From Chitinophagaceae bacterium (GTDB lineage: Bacteria; Bacteroidota; Bacteroidia; Chitinophagales; Chitinophagaceae), in NCBI GenBank assembly GCA_036676415.1, contig JAKFCX010000013.1:7361-71360 (forward strand): a stretch of 64,000 nt of DNA. The letters are read 5' to 3'. The notes under the pieces were generated by a model that saw only the letters and a program-made list of their open reading frames with translations, had not been told where the DNA came from and did not search any database. Each line of letters begins with the position of its first letter. The stretch's first letter is position 1. The position numbers were made by a program, and so were the translations under genes. Positions 54,826 to 64,000 of this stretch are shown piece after piece.

Positions 54826-57321
54826 TTACCATTTCGCCACCAGCTTCAAATTCAGCAATCTTGGTGTTAAGCGATTGGGCATGGTAAAAACGTTGTTTGC
54901 AAAATCTTTGATCAGTAAATAACTGATTGTATTTGGACGATCGATCAAGTTGAAAATTTCCAGGCTAGCCCAGATGCTTTTGAAATTCCGGAATGGTGAA
55001 TGACTTCTCCGATTTCCTTTTTCCGGATCAAGCAGCAAAGCACTCAAGCCGAGATCCACTCGTATATAAGGTTCTATCACCAATGCATTCCTGTATTTAA
55101 CGCTGCCAGGAATATTGTAAGGAAGATTGCTGCCGTATAAAGTGTTCAGGTAAACACGGATATTTTTATTGGTGCTGAGATAATCCTGGAAAAACATTCC
55201 AAATGTGATCATCCTGTCTGTTGGTCTTCGCACATAACCAACATTTACAGCAGAACTGTCTGTTGGAATTTTATCAATCGTGCTTCCTGTTATTTCTTCT
55301 CCTGCAGCATTACGGTATACCTGGTAAAAATCTCCTTCGATGTCTTCTTTGGTCTTCATAAAACCAATGCTCACCCAACTTTCAGCATCAGGAACAAGTT
55401 CTCCGAACAATCTTGTTTCAATACCTGCAGCATAGGCTTTTGCAGAATTCTCACCAAAATATCTGAGACGAACATTGTCGATGTCGAAAGGAACCACATC
55501 CCACATATTCTTGTAGTATGCTTCTGTTTGAATTCTCGCAGGTCTGCCAAACATTCTGAAATTATAATCCAATCCACCACTTAACTGCCAGCTTTTTTGA
55601 GCTTTGAGATCTTTATTGATCGTTCCATCATATCGTCTCAACTCTCTGTAAAAAGGAGGCTGATGATAAATACCTGCAGATGCTCTTACCACAATGTCTT
55701 TCTTCCATCTTTTTGGTATGAATGAAAATCCAATTCGTGGAGATAACAGGAACTCGTTGTTTAAAGTATTGTAGTTGTAACGAAGACCTGCCTGTAGAAT
55801 AAAATCGGATGAATCCCTGAATTGAATATTATCTTGTACATATCCACTCAATCTTGTAATGTCAATATCAGCTTTACCATTTAATGTTTTGAATAATGAT
55901 AGCTGCGAAGGATTGTAGGGAAGAGAATAACCTGCCGAATCATTGTATTCCCACTCATGCAATTTATCGCTGATGGTCTGACGGTCTATGCTTTGTCCCC
56001 ATTGAAGAAAATGTTTGCCTTTATCAAGACTTCCTTTATGGGAAGCATTTAACACCTGGATGTTTAACCTGTTTCTTGCATAATTCTGGAATACTCCTGC
56101 ACCTAATGGGTTTACGATCAGACCAAAAGTTGCCTGGCTCCTGTCAAAATCTCTTTCACCAAAAAGATAAGCACCGGTAATGTCGATATTCTCCTGCTCA
56201 TTGTTATTGAAACTACTCAGCATCCATTTGAGTCGCAGATTTTTATTGGGAGAATTGGTTGCAGCAAGACCAAGGAAACTGGTTTGGTATTGATCTCTTT
56301 CCTGTCCTTCAAAGAAAATATCAACGGCGAGATTTGCTGTAAACAGTGGCGAGAAAACAGATGATGATAATTTACTTTCTTCAGGGAACAGTGTGAATTT
56401 TGTTTGAGAAAGATTTGTCATCAATTCTACTTCCCAGTTTTTATTTAGCTGGTAAGTAAGCAAAGCCTGAAGATCATTGGAAGAAGGAACATAATTGCCT
56501 TTTGTTTCCTGGCTTCCCAATAAATTTCTATTGCTCCTGTTTCTTAATCCGAGTAAATAAGTAAATTTTCTGTTAGATGAAATTCCTTCAAGATGCACAC
56601 CTTGTTCTAATAATCCAAGATGTACAGAACCACCAAACCTTGTTGGTCTTTTATAACTGATATCGAGAACGGAACTTAATTTATCTCCATATTTAGCCTG
56701 GAAGCCTCCGTTATAAAAACGAACAGAATTAGTAAGATCCGGATTGATAAAACTAAGTCCTTCCTGCTGACCATTTCTAACAAGGTACGGCCGGTACACT
56801 TCAAAATCATTTACATAGATCAGGTTCTCATCATAGCTTCCACCACGAACAGAATATTGAGAAGTGAGTTCATTATTACTGCCGACGAATATTTTGATGA
56901 GTTGTTCTATACCTGAAATAGGGGATGGATTTACTTCTGTACGTGTAGGATCAATCGTAACCCTGCCAGGTTCTCTTCTTCCTTTATTCTGGTTAATGAC
57001 AATAACGGGATCAAGTTCGCCAGTAAATTTTGTCATTTTGATGGTGAGCTGCTCTGCTTCTCCGGCATTCAAATACATTGTTTTACGTACACTGTTCAAT
57101 CCTTCTGCAAAAAAGATCAGTGCAATTTGACGATTGGATGGAACGGTGATGGTAAATCGGCCGGAATCATCAGATATAGCATTTGTATTCTTACCGATGA
57201 GATAAATGGATATGCCGGGTAAGGGTTTATCATTATCATCCAGGATTGTTCCTGAAACGGTAGCAGTTTTCTGCGAAAATGATAGAATCGGGAACAAAAT
57301 CAATGCAACCAGCAGTCTCAT
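54826..57321 (-). CDS. TonB-dependent receptor with an N-terminal carboxypeptidase-regulatory-like domain
   Basis: 831 aa from the ATG at 57321 (MRLLVALILFPILSFSQ). Contains SGTILDDNDKPLPGISIY, a plug region, a long barrel and a C-terminal aromatic residue (KW). Confidence 0.85.
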   Translation of the reverse strand: MRLLVALILFPILSFSQKTATVSGTILDDNDKPLPGISIYLIGKNTNAISDDSGRFTITVPSNRQIALIFFAEGLNSVRKTMYLNAGEAEQLTIKMTKFTGELDPVIVINQNKGRREPGRVTIDPTRTEVNPSPISGIEQLIKIFVGSNNELTSQYSVRGGSYDENLIYVNDFEVYRPYLVRNGQQEGLSFINPDLTNSVRFYNGGFQAKYGDKLSSVLDISYKRPTRFGGSVHLGLLEQGVHLEGISSNRKFTYLLGLRNRSNRNLLGSQETKGNYVPSSNDLQALLTYQLNKNWEVELMTNLSQTKFTLFPEESKLSSSVFSPLFTANLAVDIFFEGQERDQYQTSFLGLAATNSPNKNLRLKWMLSSFNNNEQENIDITGAYLFGERDFDRSQATFGLIVNPLGAGVFQNYARNRLNIQVLNASHKGSLDKGKHFLQWGQSIDRQTISDKLHEWEYNDSAGYSLPYNPSQLSLFKTLNGKADIDITRLSGYVQDNIQFRDSSDFILQAGLRYNYNTLNNEFLLSPRIGFSFIPKRWKKDIVVRASAGIYHQPPFYRELRRYDGTINKDLKAQKSWQLSGGLDYNFRMFGRPARIQTEAYYKNMWDVVPFDIDNVRLRYFGENSAKAYAAGIETRLFGELVPDAESWVSIGFMKTKEDIEGDFYQVYRNAAGEEITGSTIDKIPTDSSAVNVGYVRRPTDRMITFGMFFQDYLSTNKNIRVYLNTLYGSNLPYNIPGSVKYRNALVIEPYIRVDLGLSALLLDPEKGNRRSHSPFRNFKSIWASLEIFNLIDRPNTISYLLIKDFANNVFTMPNRLTPRLLNLKLVAKW

Positions 57322-57439
57322 GAAAATCAATTGTCTTAAAAATACGAATTGCCGCTAAAAGTAGCAGTAATTAAATAATTATTACTCTAATCTCATTAAT
57401 GGTAAGAAAGTGTAATATTTGCATACTAAATAATGAACT

Positions 57440-58696
57440 ATGAAGAAAATTTTTACACTGTTAGCTTCTTTGTTATGTTTTTATCTGAGCTATGCACAGC
57501 CTGTATTAGTTGAAGATTTTAATTATACATCGGGTGAGGCATTAACATCGAATAACTGGACACAGATTAGCACAGTGGCTACCAATCCTATATCTGTTAC
57601 AACTCCTGGATTAACATATACGGGATATGCTGGTTCAGGAATCGGTAATGCTGCAACATTAGTAACTTCAGGTCAGGACATTTACCGTGATGGTACAGCA
57701 AGTATCTCCGATGGATCAGTATATGTTTCTTTTATGCTAAACGTTGCTACAGCACAAGCAAACGGCGATTATTTCTTTGCACTCCTTCCTACGACCAGCT
57801 CAACTAATTTTACCGCACGTACATTCATCAAATCTTCTGGATCTGGTTATGTAATGGGTGTTTCCAAATCAACTGAAACTGTTGCTTATGGAACTACTGA
57901 GCTAAGTTTTAATACTACATACCTGGTAGTTGTAAAATATACTTTCAATACAGTAACTACAACAGATGATGCTATTACCTTGTATGTACTTAGTTCTGGC
58001 GTGCCGACTACTGAGCCAGTAACGCCTTATGCCGGACCTACTGTAGGAACAGCAACTGATGCCTTATCAATAGGCCGTGTTGCTTTAAGGCAAGGAAGTG
58101 CCAGCAATGCAGCAGGGCTTACAGTCGATGGTTTTAGAATGGGTGACAGTTGGGAAGAAGGTCCGCTGCCGTTAAGTCTTCTGACTTTTACTGCTACAAT
58201 GAATGATAAGAGCATTAATCTTACCTGGTCAACAGCAAACGAAGTGAATGCTGCAACTTTTGATGTTGAAAGAAGTGTAAACGGCAAAGATTTTAAATCA
58301 ATCGGTGTTATAGAAGCCAAGAATGGTACTACAACAAACAACTATTCTTTTGTTGATAACAGCCCTGTTGCAGGTGTTAGCTATTACCGTTTAAAAATGA
58401 ATGACAGGGATCGTTCGTTTAAATACAGTGCAGTTGAAATGGTAAAAACAAAAACTATAGGTGTGAGCGTTTATCCAAACCCGGTTCGTTCTTCAATTAC
58501 CATTCAGCATGAAGTTGCTGCAAAAGGTGCTGTGATTGCTGTTTTGGATATGAGTGGTAAACAAACATCAGCAGTAACAGTACAGGTTGGTGCTGTACAA
58601 ACAACGATCAGTGCAGCTCAGTTAGCTCCTGGTTCTTACATGGTGGTTTATACTAACAATGGAACAAGAGTAACAAAGCAGTTTATTAAAGAATAA
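57440..58696 (+). CDS. T9SS type A sorting-domain (CTD) secreted protein
   Basis: 418 aa. Has a signal peptide. The C-terminal ~80 aa match the Por secretion CTD pattern (VYPNPV..SITIQ...G.Y.V). Confidence 0.8.
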   Translation: MKKIFTLLASLLCFYLSYAQPVLVEDFNYTSGEALTSNNWTQISTVATNPISVTTPGLTYTGYAGSGIGNAATLVTSGQDIYRDGTASISDGSVYVSFMLNVATAQANGDYFFALLPTTSSTNFTARTFIKSSGSGYVMGVSKSTETVAYGTTELSFNTTYLVVVKYTFNTVTTTDDAITLYVLSSGVPTTEPVTPYAGPTVGTATDALSIGRVALRQGSASNAAGLTVDGFRMGDSWEEGPLPLSLLTFTATMNDKSINLTWSTANEVNAATFDVERSVNGKDFKSIGVIEAKNGTTTNNYSFVDNSPVAGVSYYRLKMNDRDRSFKYSAVEMVKTKTIGVSVYPNPVRSSITIQHEVAAKGAVIAVLDMSGKQTSAVTVQVGAVQTTISAAQLAPGSYMVVYTNNGTRVTKQFIKE

Positions 58697-58714
58697 TTCA
58701 GAACTTATTATACG

Positions 58715-58746
58715 AAAAGACCTCACAACTGTGAGGTCTTTTTTTT
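58715..58746. terminator. bidirectional terminator (T9SS cargo gene and rpe)
   Basis: A4, then AGACCTCAC-AACT-GTGAGGTCT, then T8. Confidence 0.85.
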
Positions 58747-58761
58747 AACCTGAATAAACTA

Positions 58762-59409
58762 TTATAAAGATTTAAGTTTCGCAATAGTTGCTTTTGGATC
58801 AGCAGCACTGAAAACAGTATTACCTGCCACCAAAACATCTGCTCCGGCTGCAATGATTTCTGCAGCATTATCAAGCGTTACACCACCATCAATTTCTATC
58901 TGTACTTTCAATCCTTTCTCGTCAATCATTTTTCTCAGCAGCCTGGTCTTTTCGAGGGTATATTGAATAAACTTTTGCCCGCCAAAACCAGGATTTACAC
59001 TCATCAGGCAAACCAGGTCTATATCATGCAGAATATCCGACAAGGTATTTACTGGTGTATGTGGGTTAACAGCAACTCCTGCCTTCATTCCCAAACTTTT
59101 TATTTGCTGGATGTTCCTGTGCAAATGATTGCATGCTTCTATATGAACCGTAAGAATATCAGCACCTGCTTTTTTAAAAGCTTCGGTAAGGTGTTCAGGT
59201 TGTAAGATCATTAAATGAACATCACAAACTTTCGTAGTGGCCTTCCTGATTTTTTCAATCACTGGTATGCCAAAACTGATGTTGGGCACAAACTGTCCAT
59301 CCATTACATCAAGATGAAACCATTCAGCTTCACTTTCATTTAGCATCCTGCATTCGGATTCAAGATTCAGGAAATCAGCAGCAAGTAGTGATGGTGCTAT
59401 AATTGGCAT
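58762..59409 (-). CDS. rpe: ribulose-phosphate 3-epimerase
   Basis: 215 aa. Contains PSLLAADF, HLDVMDG.FVPN, MSVNPGFGGQ and DGG. Confidence 0.95.
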   Translation of the reverse strand: MPIIAPSLLAADFLNLESECRMLNESEAEWFHLDVMDGQFVPNISFGIPVIEKIRKATTKVCDVHLMILQPEHLTEAFKKAGADILTVHIEACNHLHRNIQQIKSLGMKAGVAVNPHTPVNTLSDILHDIDLVCLMSVNPGFGGQKFIQYTLEKTRLLRKMIDEKGLKVQIEIDGGVTLDNAAEIIAAGADVLVAGNTVFSAADPKATIAKLKSL

Positions 59410-59511
59410 AGTGAGGTATTAATTAGTCAATGGTCAATAAAGTTTCAGTGGCAAAATTAGTTGCTGAATAAAAGAATGCCCAAACAGTTATCCACTATCC
59501 ACTTTCCCTTG

Positions 59512-60321
59512 TTAGCTCTTCACTGCTTCCAGCCTTCCCAGTGCTTTGGAAGCTTCTTTTAAATCAGGATCTAATCTCAGCGATTGATCATACATATTCA
59601 TTGCTTCCTGTATTCTTCCAAGTGCTTCAAATGTTTTTGCCTGCCAGTAAAAAGCATCGGCATAGGTAGGTTCAACATTTCCTGCAGCCTGGAAAATATT
59701 AAGTGCTTCATTATATTTCTTCTGGTCAAAATACAGAAATCCTTTTTCCAGGTAAGCCTCCATGTATTTTACATTATGCGAAATGCACCGATTAAATAAA
59801 TCCTCAGCCATTTTATTATTTCCCTTTCGTGCATGGTAAATACCTGCAATAAAATCGCAGTTTGCTAATGTCTCATCGTCAGGCATCGTTTTAGAAACAT
59901 TGTTCACTAACATCAAAGCCCTGTCATCTTTTCGTTCAGCCAACACATTAGCAAGATAGAGCTGGGTTACTACATCAGGGTATAGATTGATGGACCTGAT
60001 ATAAGATTCAATTGCGGCAGTGGTATCTCCACTTCGTTCTAACAACAATGCATTTCTGGACCAATAACTGTTATTGATACTATCTTTCTTTAGCAGTATA
60101 TCCATGTGATATAACGCTTCTTTAAATCTTTCCAGGCTATCCAAAGCATCAATTACATCAACCCTGTATTGAATACTGTCAGCATTCTTGTCTGCTCTTT
60201 CGACCAATTCCTTTATCAGTTTATCAGCTATCGATACTTCAGCTTTAGCATCCTTATTTTTTTCATCCTTGCACGAAAAAAATAATATGACCACAGAAAA
60301 GAAGATCAGCATGTATTTCAT
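59512..60321 (-). CDS. TPR-repeat lipoprotein
   Basis: 269 aa from the ATG at 60321 (MKYMLIFFSVVILFFSC lipobox), followed by several TPR-like helices. Confidence 0.75.
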   Translation of the reverse strand: MKYMLIFFSVVILFFSCKDEKNKDAKAEVSIADKLIKELVERADKNADSIQYRVDVIDALDSLERFKEALYHMDILLKKDSINNSYWSRNALLLERSGDTTAAIESYIRSINLYPDVVTQLYLANVLAERKDDRALMLVNNVSKTMPDDETLANCDFIAGIYHARKGNNKMAEDLFNRCISHNVKYMEAYLEKGFLYFDQKKYNEALNIFQAAGNVEPTYADAFYWQAKTFEALGRIQEAMNMYDQSLRLDPDLKEASKALGRLEAVKS

Positions 60322-60414
60322 ACCGCAAAAATACAATCAACTCTCTCAGTTATAACCATTTCATGACAAATGAAAGGCACCGTAACCTTAGTTTTACCAA
60401 AATTTACACCTTTA

Positions 60415-61515
60415 ATGAACAGTCGTTTAATATTCCTGGTAGCTTTTTTTTCTATTTCGGCTACGGCTTTCCTTTCTTTCACCAACGGAGAGGATAATGC
60501 ACCAGTAGAAGACACATTACATTATGCCGATGAAAAGCATTTTAAAAATATTCGGCAGCTCACTTTCGGTGGTGATAATGCTGAAGCTTACTGGAGCTAT
60601 GATGGTAAATACCTCATCTTTCAACGTACGATAGCTAAAGAAGGAATTGCATGTGACCAGATTTTCATTGGAAAAGTTCCAACCAAAGCTGGCGAACCAT
60701 TTACGTACAAAATGGTGAGTTCAGGTAAAGGAAGAACCACTTGTGCTTATTTTTTACCTGGTGGAAAATATTTCGTTTATGCTTCCACCCATTTAGGTGC
60801 TGATACATGTCCACCAATACCAGATAGAGCTAAACTGGGTAATCGTTATATCTGGCCTTTGTACAACAGTTACGATATTTTCCTGGCCGATACTTCCGGT
60901 AAAATCATCAAGCAACTTACCACAGCTAAGGGTTATGATGCTGAAGCAACGTTATCGCCTGATGGTAAGAAAATGATCTATTGCAGCGATAAAAGTGGAG
61001 ATCTTGAATTATACGTGATGGATCTGAAAACAGGAAAAGAAAAACAGGTCACAAACCTACTGGGTTATGATGGTGGTGCATGGTTTAGTCCTGATGGAAA
61101 GAAGATCGTGTGGCGTTCAAGCCGACCAAAAACAGATGCTGAGATAAAGGATTATAAAGATTTGTTGTCACAGGGTTTTGTAGCACCAACGAACATGGAA
61201 GTATGGGTAGCAAATGCTGATGGAAGTGATGCAAAGCAGATCACAAATCTTGGACAGGCAAACTGGGCTCCGAATTTCACTCCAGACAGTAAGAACATTA
61301 TTTTCTGCAGTAACCACGAATATAAAAGAGGCTTTCCATTCAATATGTACCTCACAGATCTGAAAGGAAAAGGATTAGAAAAGATCAGCCGGGATAAAGG
61401 TTTTGATGCATTTCCAATGTTCAGTCCTGATGGTAAGAAGATCGTTTTCTCCAGCAACAGAAATAATGGAGGTACAAGAGAAACCAATTTATTTATTGCT
61501 GATTGGGTGAAATGA
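60415..61515 (+). CDS. PD40 (TolB-like) beta-propeller protein, secreted
   Basis: 366 aa from the ATG at 60415 (signal MNSRLIFLVAFFSISATAFLSF). The ATG at 60370 is an alternative start. Repeated SPDGKK(I/M) blades. Confidence 0.8.
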   Translation: MNSRLIFLVAFFSISATAFLSFTNGEDNAPVEDTLHYADEKHFKNIRQLTFGGDNAEAYWSYDGKYLIFQRTIAKEGIACDQIFIGKVPTKAGEPFTYKMVSSGKGRTTCAYFLPGGKYFVYASTHLGADTCPPIPDRAKLGNRYIWPLYNSYDIFLADTSGKIIKQLTTAKGYDAEATLSPDGKKMIYCSDKSGDLELYVMDLKTGKEKQVTNLLGYDGGAWFSPDGKKIVWRSSRPKTDAEIKDYKDLLSQGFVAPTNMEVWVANADGSDAKQITNLGQANWAPNFTPDSKNIIFCSNHEYKRGFPFNMYLTDLKGKGLEKISRDKGFDAFPMFSPDGKKIVFSSNRNNGGTRETNLFIADWVK

Positions 61516-61548
61516 TTTTATAGGTAAGCTATATCTTTATTCAGCTTC

Positions 61549-61615
61549 CGTTGTGTCAAATCGACGGAGGAGATTCACCGAATCAAAAATCCCAAACTAA
61601 ATTTCTGAGGCACTC
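61549..61615 (+). repeat. Family C element, copy 2 (core CGTTGTGTCAAATCGACGGAGGAGATTCACCGA)
   Basis: Starts 34 nt after the stop at 61515. See copy 1 at 28807-28873. Confidence 0.75.
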
Positions 61616-61660
61616 ATTTGTCCTGTAACAACTTCACTCAGAAAGATCAAAACAGGTTCT

Positions 61661-61693
61661 AACTTTTCCAAAGTTTTAAACTTTGGAAAAGTT
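61661..61693. repeat. perfect 33-bp palindrome AACTTTTCCAAAGTTT-T-AAACTTTGGAAAAGTT
   Basis: The 16-nt arms are exact reverse complements around one central T. Confidence 0.9.
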
Positions 61694-61761
61694 GCGGTTA
61701 GGAATTCGTTTTTTAAATTTCTCTTCCTCTATCTTTACGGCACTAACCAAACTATATAAAT

Positions 61762-62226
61762 ATGTACGAAGGCTTACTTCACCTGCACAACTTTCTTCGA
61801 TGGGTAATACTGATCTTTTTGCTCTTAAGTGTATTAAGACATTTGACAGCTGCTAATCAACCTTATGGAGGAAAGGACAAGGGTTTTGGTTTACCATTAT
61901 TAATTTCCACACATTTGAATGCTATAATTGGTTTGTACCAATGGATTGTAGGAGCCTGGGGTTTGAAATTAATACAAACCAACGGCATGGGTACCGTTAT
62001 GAAGGACAGTGTTAATCGTTTCTGGGCAATTGAACATCCGTTAATGATGTTAATAGCTGCTATCCTTATAACGATCGGGTACGGACAAAGAAAGTCAAAA
62101 CATACCACGAGGGTTCAGCGTAGAAGAGCAGCCATTTATTATGTTCTCGCTTTGATAGTTATATTATTAGCTGTTCCATGGCCATTTAGAGAAGTGATTG
62201 GAAGACCACTTTTCCCCGGAATGTAA
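61762..62226 (+). CDS. hypothetical 4-TM membrane protein
   Basis: 154 aa. Starts MYEGLLHLHNFLRWVILIFLL..., with four hydrophobic segments. Confidence 0.65.
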   Translation: MYEGLLHLHNFLRWVILIFLLLSVLRHLTAANQPYGGKDKGFGLPLLISTHLNAIIGLYQWIVGAWGLKLIQTNGMGTVMKDSVNRFWAIEHPLMMLIAAILITIGYGQRKSKHTTRVQRRRAAIYYVLALIVILLAVPWPFREVIGRPLFPGM

Positions 62227-62237
62227 AATATATATTG

Positions 62238-62261
62238 AAACCTCCTTCGGGAGGTTTTTTA
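62238..62261 (+). terminator. intrinsic terminator
   Basis: AAACCTCC-TTCG-GGAGGTTT hairpin followed by a T-run. Confidence 0.85.
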
Positions 62262-62399
62262 TTTAACTTTGAGTATGACCTTACGCCGCAATTTTATTTA
62301 TTGGATAGACAAGCGTCAGTGGAAATATGTTTTCCTCCTGACGACTCTTGAACTGTCGGTCTTTGTTTTATAGTCGGGTTGCTCAGTATAGATAAGAAC

Positions 62400-62419
62400 G
62401 TACAAGTGAGTGACGCAAC
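62400..62419 (+). repeat. Family A element, hybrid variant GTACAAGTGAGTGACGCAAC
   Basis: Combines the GTACAAGTGAGTGAC half of one arm type with the GCAAC end of the other. Lies in the spacer before hmgA. Confidence 0.75.
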
Positions 62420-62488
62420 AGCAGCTTCATAGTAGCACTATAGTTGGTGCAAAAAATCGTAATTCTATATTCGTAAATCGTATTTATT

Positions 62489-63646
62489 ATGCCGCATTAT
62501 CATAAACTCGGACAAATTCCTCATAAACGACATACGCAGTTCAGAAAACCTGATGGAAAATTGTATTCTGAGCAATTGTTTTCTACCGAAGGGTTCAGTA
62601 ATGATTATTCTTTGTTGTATCATGTTCATCCACCCACAACAATAATTGGAACAGATGAGCCAATTGATGTAATGCCGAGAGTTGCTGAAGACAGGATGCT
62701 GAAACACCGTAGCCTTGAAGGGTTTAAAGTAAAACCAGAAGCAGATTACCTGCAAAGTCGTAAACCGGTGCTGGTGAATAATGACTGTCATATAGTGCTG
62801 GCAGCACCAAAAGAAAGCATGAGGGATTATTTCTTTAAAAATGCAGATGCGGATGAAATGATCTTTGTGCATGACGGATCAGGAACACTGAAGACAATGT
62901 ATGGTGATATTACATTCTCTTATGGAGATTATTTAGTGATTCCAAGGGGTACCATTTATCAAATGGAATTTACCACGGCTGATAATCGTTTGTTTATTGT
63001 GGAATCGTTTAGTCCTATTCGTTATCCAAAAAGATATGTAAGTAAGTCAGGACAGCTGTTGGAGCACTCACCATATTGCGAACGAGATATAAGAGGGCCA
63101 CAGAATCTTGTTACAATAGATGAGGCTGGAGATTTTGTGATCAAAACGAAGAAGAAAGGAAAGTTGTATGGAATCCATTATGGCTTTCATCCTTTTGATG
63201 TGATAGGGTGGGATGGATGTTGTTATCCTTATGCATTCAGCATACATGATTTTGAACCAATAACAGGAAGAGTTCACCAGCCACCACCGGTGCACCAGAC
63301 TTTTGATGCACATAATTTCGTGGTCTGCAGTTTTGTACCAAGATTGTACGATTATCATCCTGATGCGATTCCTGCGCCATATAATCACAGTAACATAGAT
63401 AGTGATGAAGTGCTGTATTATGTTGATGGCGATTTTATGAGTAGAAAAAATGTTACGAGGGGAATGATCACTTTGCATCCTGCAGGAATTCCGCATGGTC
63501 CACATCCAGGAGCAGTAGAGAAAAGTATTGGAGCGAAGGAAACAAAAGAACTGGCTGTAATGGTAGATACTTTCCATCCATTACAATTAACTGTTGATGC
63601 CCTCGAAATAGAAAATGAAGGTTATGTAATGAGTTGGGCTGAATAA
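62489..63646 (+). CDS. hmgA: homogentisate 1,2-dioxygenase
   Basis: 385 aa. N-terminus MPHYHKLGQIPHKRHTQF, and a cupin core with HPAGIPHGPHPG. Confidence 0.85.
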   Translation: MPHYHKLGQIPHKRHTQFRKPDGKLYSEQLFSTEGFSNDYSLLYHVHPPTTIIGTDEPIDVMPRVAEDRMLKHRSLEGFKVKPEADYLQSRKPVLVNNDCHIVLAAPKESMRDYFFKNADADEMIFVHDGSGTLKTMYGDITFSYGDYLVIPRGTIYQMEFTTADNRLFIVESFSPIRYPKRYVSKSGQLLEHSPYCERDIRGPQNLVTIDEAGDFVIKTKKKGKLYGIHYGFHPFDVIGWDGCCYPYAFSIHDFEPITGRVHQPPPVHQTFDAHNFVVCSFVPRLYDYHPDAIPAPYNHSNIDSDEVLYYVDGDFMSRKNVTRGMITLHPAGIPHGPHPGAVEKSIGAKETKELAVMVDTFHPLQLTVDALEIENEGYVMSWAE

Positions 63647-63730
63647 TAGTTCGTGGATGATGAATTTGGATTTTTTTACCTGGAATTTGTATATTTAAAT
63701 AAGTTCTTATATCAAAAATCAAAATGCCAT

Positions 63731-64000
63731 ATGATCAAATTCAATGAAATTAAAATCGGTGATTACCTGATGGGTGAGTTTGAAGGAAAAATGTGGGAAG
63801 GTGAGGTAGTGAGACTTAATGGGGAAGATAAACAGGTTTGTGTGCAAACAGATGTACAGGAATTCTGGTTCTCACCGGAACATCTTTATCCAATTCCGCT
63901 GAATGATGAGTCTTTACAAAAACTCAGCTTTACAAAAGAAGATATGGAAGACGGAAGTGTAAAGTATAAGAAAGCATCATTCCGACTTGTGATTCCTAAA
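63731..64000 (+). CDS. hypothetical protein, 3'-truncated by the window end
   Basis: My own translation from the ATG at 63731 gives MIKFNEIKIGDYLMGEFEGKMWEGEVVRLNGEDKQVCVQTD..., open for 90 codons to the window edge. Confidence 0.45.
   Translation, partial: MIKFNEIKIGDYLMGEFEGKMWEGEVVRLNGEDKQVCVQTDVQEFWFSPEHLYPIPLNDESLQKLSFTKEDMEDGSVKYKKASFRLVIPK

Noticed and set aside
62275-62373. 32-aa ORF MTLRRNFIYWIDKRQWKYVFLLTTLELSVFVL in the spacer before hmgA
   Set aside because: It is very short, has no promoter box, and lies immediately after a strong terminator. It cannot be supported from sequence alone.

Overview
This 64-kb window looks like an ordinary, densely packed chromosomal core region of a Bacteroidota genome, probably Chitinophagia- or Sphingobacteriia-like and moderately AT-rich by eye. 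Lineage cues are recurring TAnnTTTG -7 promoter boxes close to start codons, little Shine-Dalgarno signal, a T9SS C-terminal sorting domain, a CarbopepD/TonB-dependent receptor, lipoprotein signals, and a tmRNA tag ending YAMAA.

I call about 60 CDS, including:
- Housekeeping genes: lepB, cdd, mazG, rplU-rpmA, dxr-rseP, pyrF, ppa, crcB, phoH, queA, rnhA, rpe and hmgA, plus a Glu dehydrogenase, an acyl-CoA carboxyltransferase and an ABC-F protein.
- Signalling genes: one sigma54 response regulator, two complete histidine kinases, one stand-alone receiver and two PAS proteins that stop after the His-box.
- RNA genes: tRNA-Gly(GCC), tRNA-Leu(UAA) and tmRNA.
- About ten hairpin/T-run terminators.

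I found no transposase, integrase, CRISPR array, prophage or recognisable defence island, and I cannot point to a clear new multi-gene system.

The most unusual content is non-coding. Several families of short dispersed palindromic repeats are confined to intergenic DNA, mostly just 3' of stop codons.
- The main family has the core GTACAAGAGTGCGACGCAA, at 9 loci.
- A 33-nt core (CGTTGTGTCAAATCGACGSAGGAGATTCACCGA) occurs twice.
- The other families are the AACCGCAAAGACGC repeat, the GCGGTTA + CT-rich repeat and the TTGACTAATGAC..CTGACTCAATGAC repeat.
- There is also a perfect 33-bp palindrome.

Secondary observations:
- Two PAS proteins keep a kinase-type His-box but have no ATPase domain.
- A ccmB homologue has a conserved N-terminus with no canonical start codon.
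- A ccmB / ccmC-ccmD set is split and has no other ccm genes in the window.
- A PolX homologue has substitutions at the catalytic carboxylate positions.
- crcB and ppa are translationally coupled.
- Three genes share the geometry TAnnTTTG-N4-ATG, which suggests leaderless mRNAs.

All functional calls come from motif recognition by eye. No searches were run.
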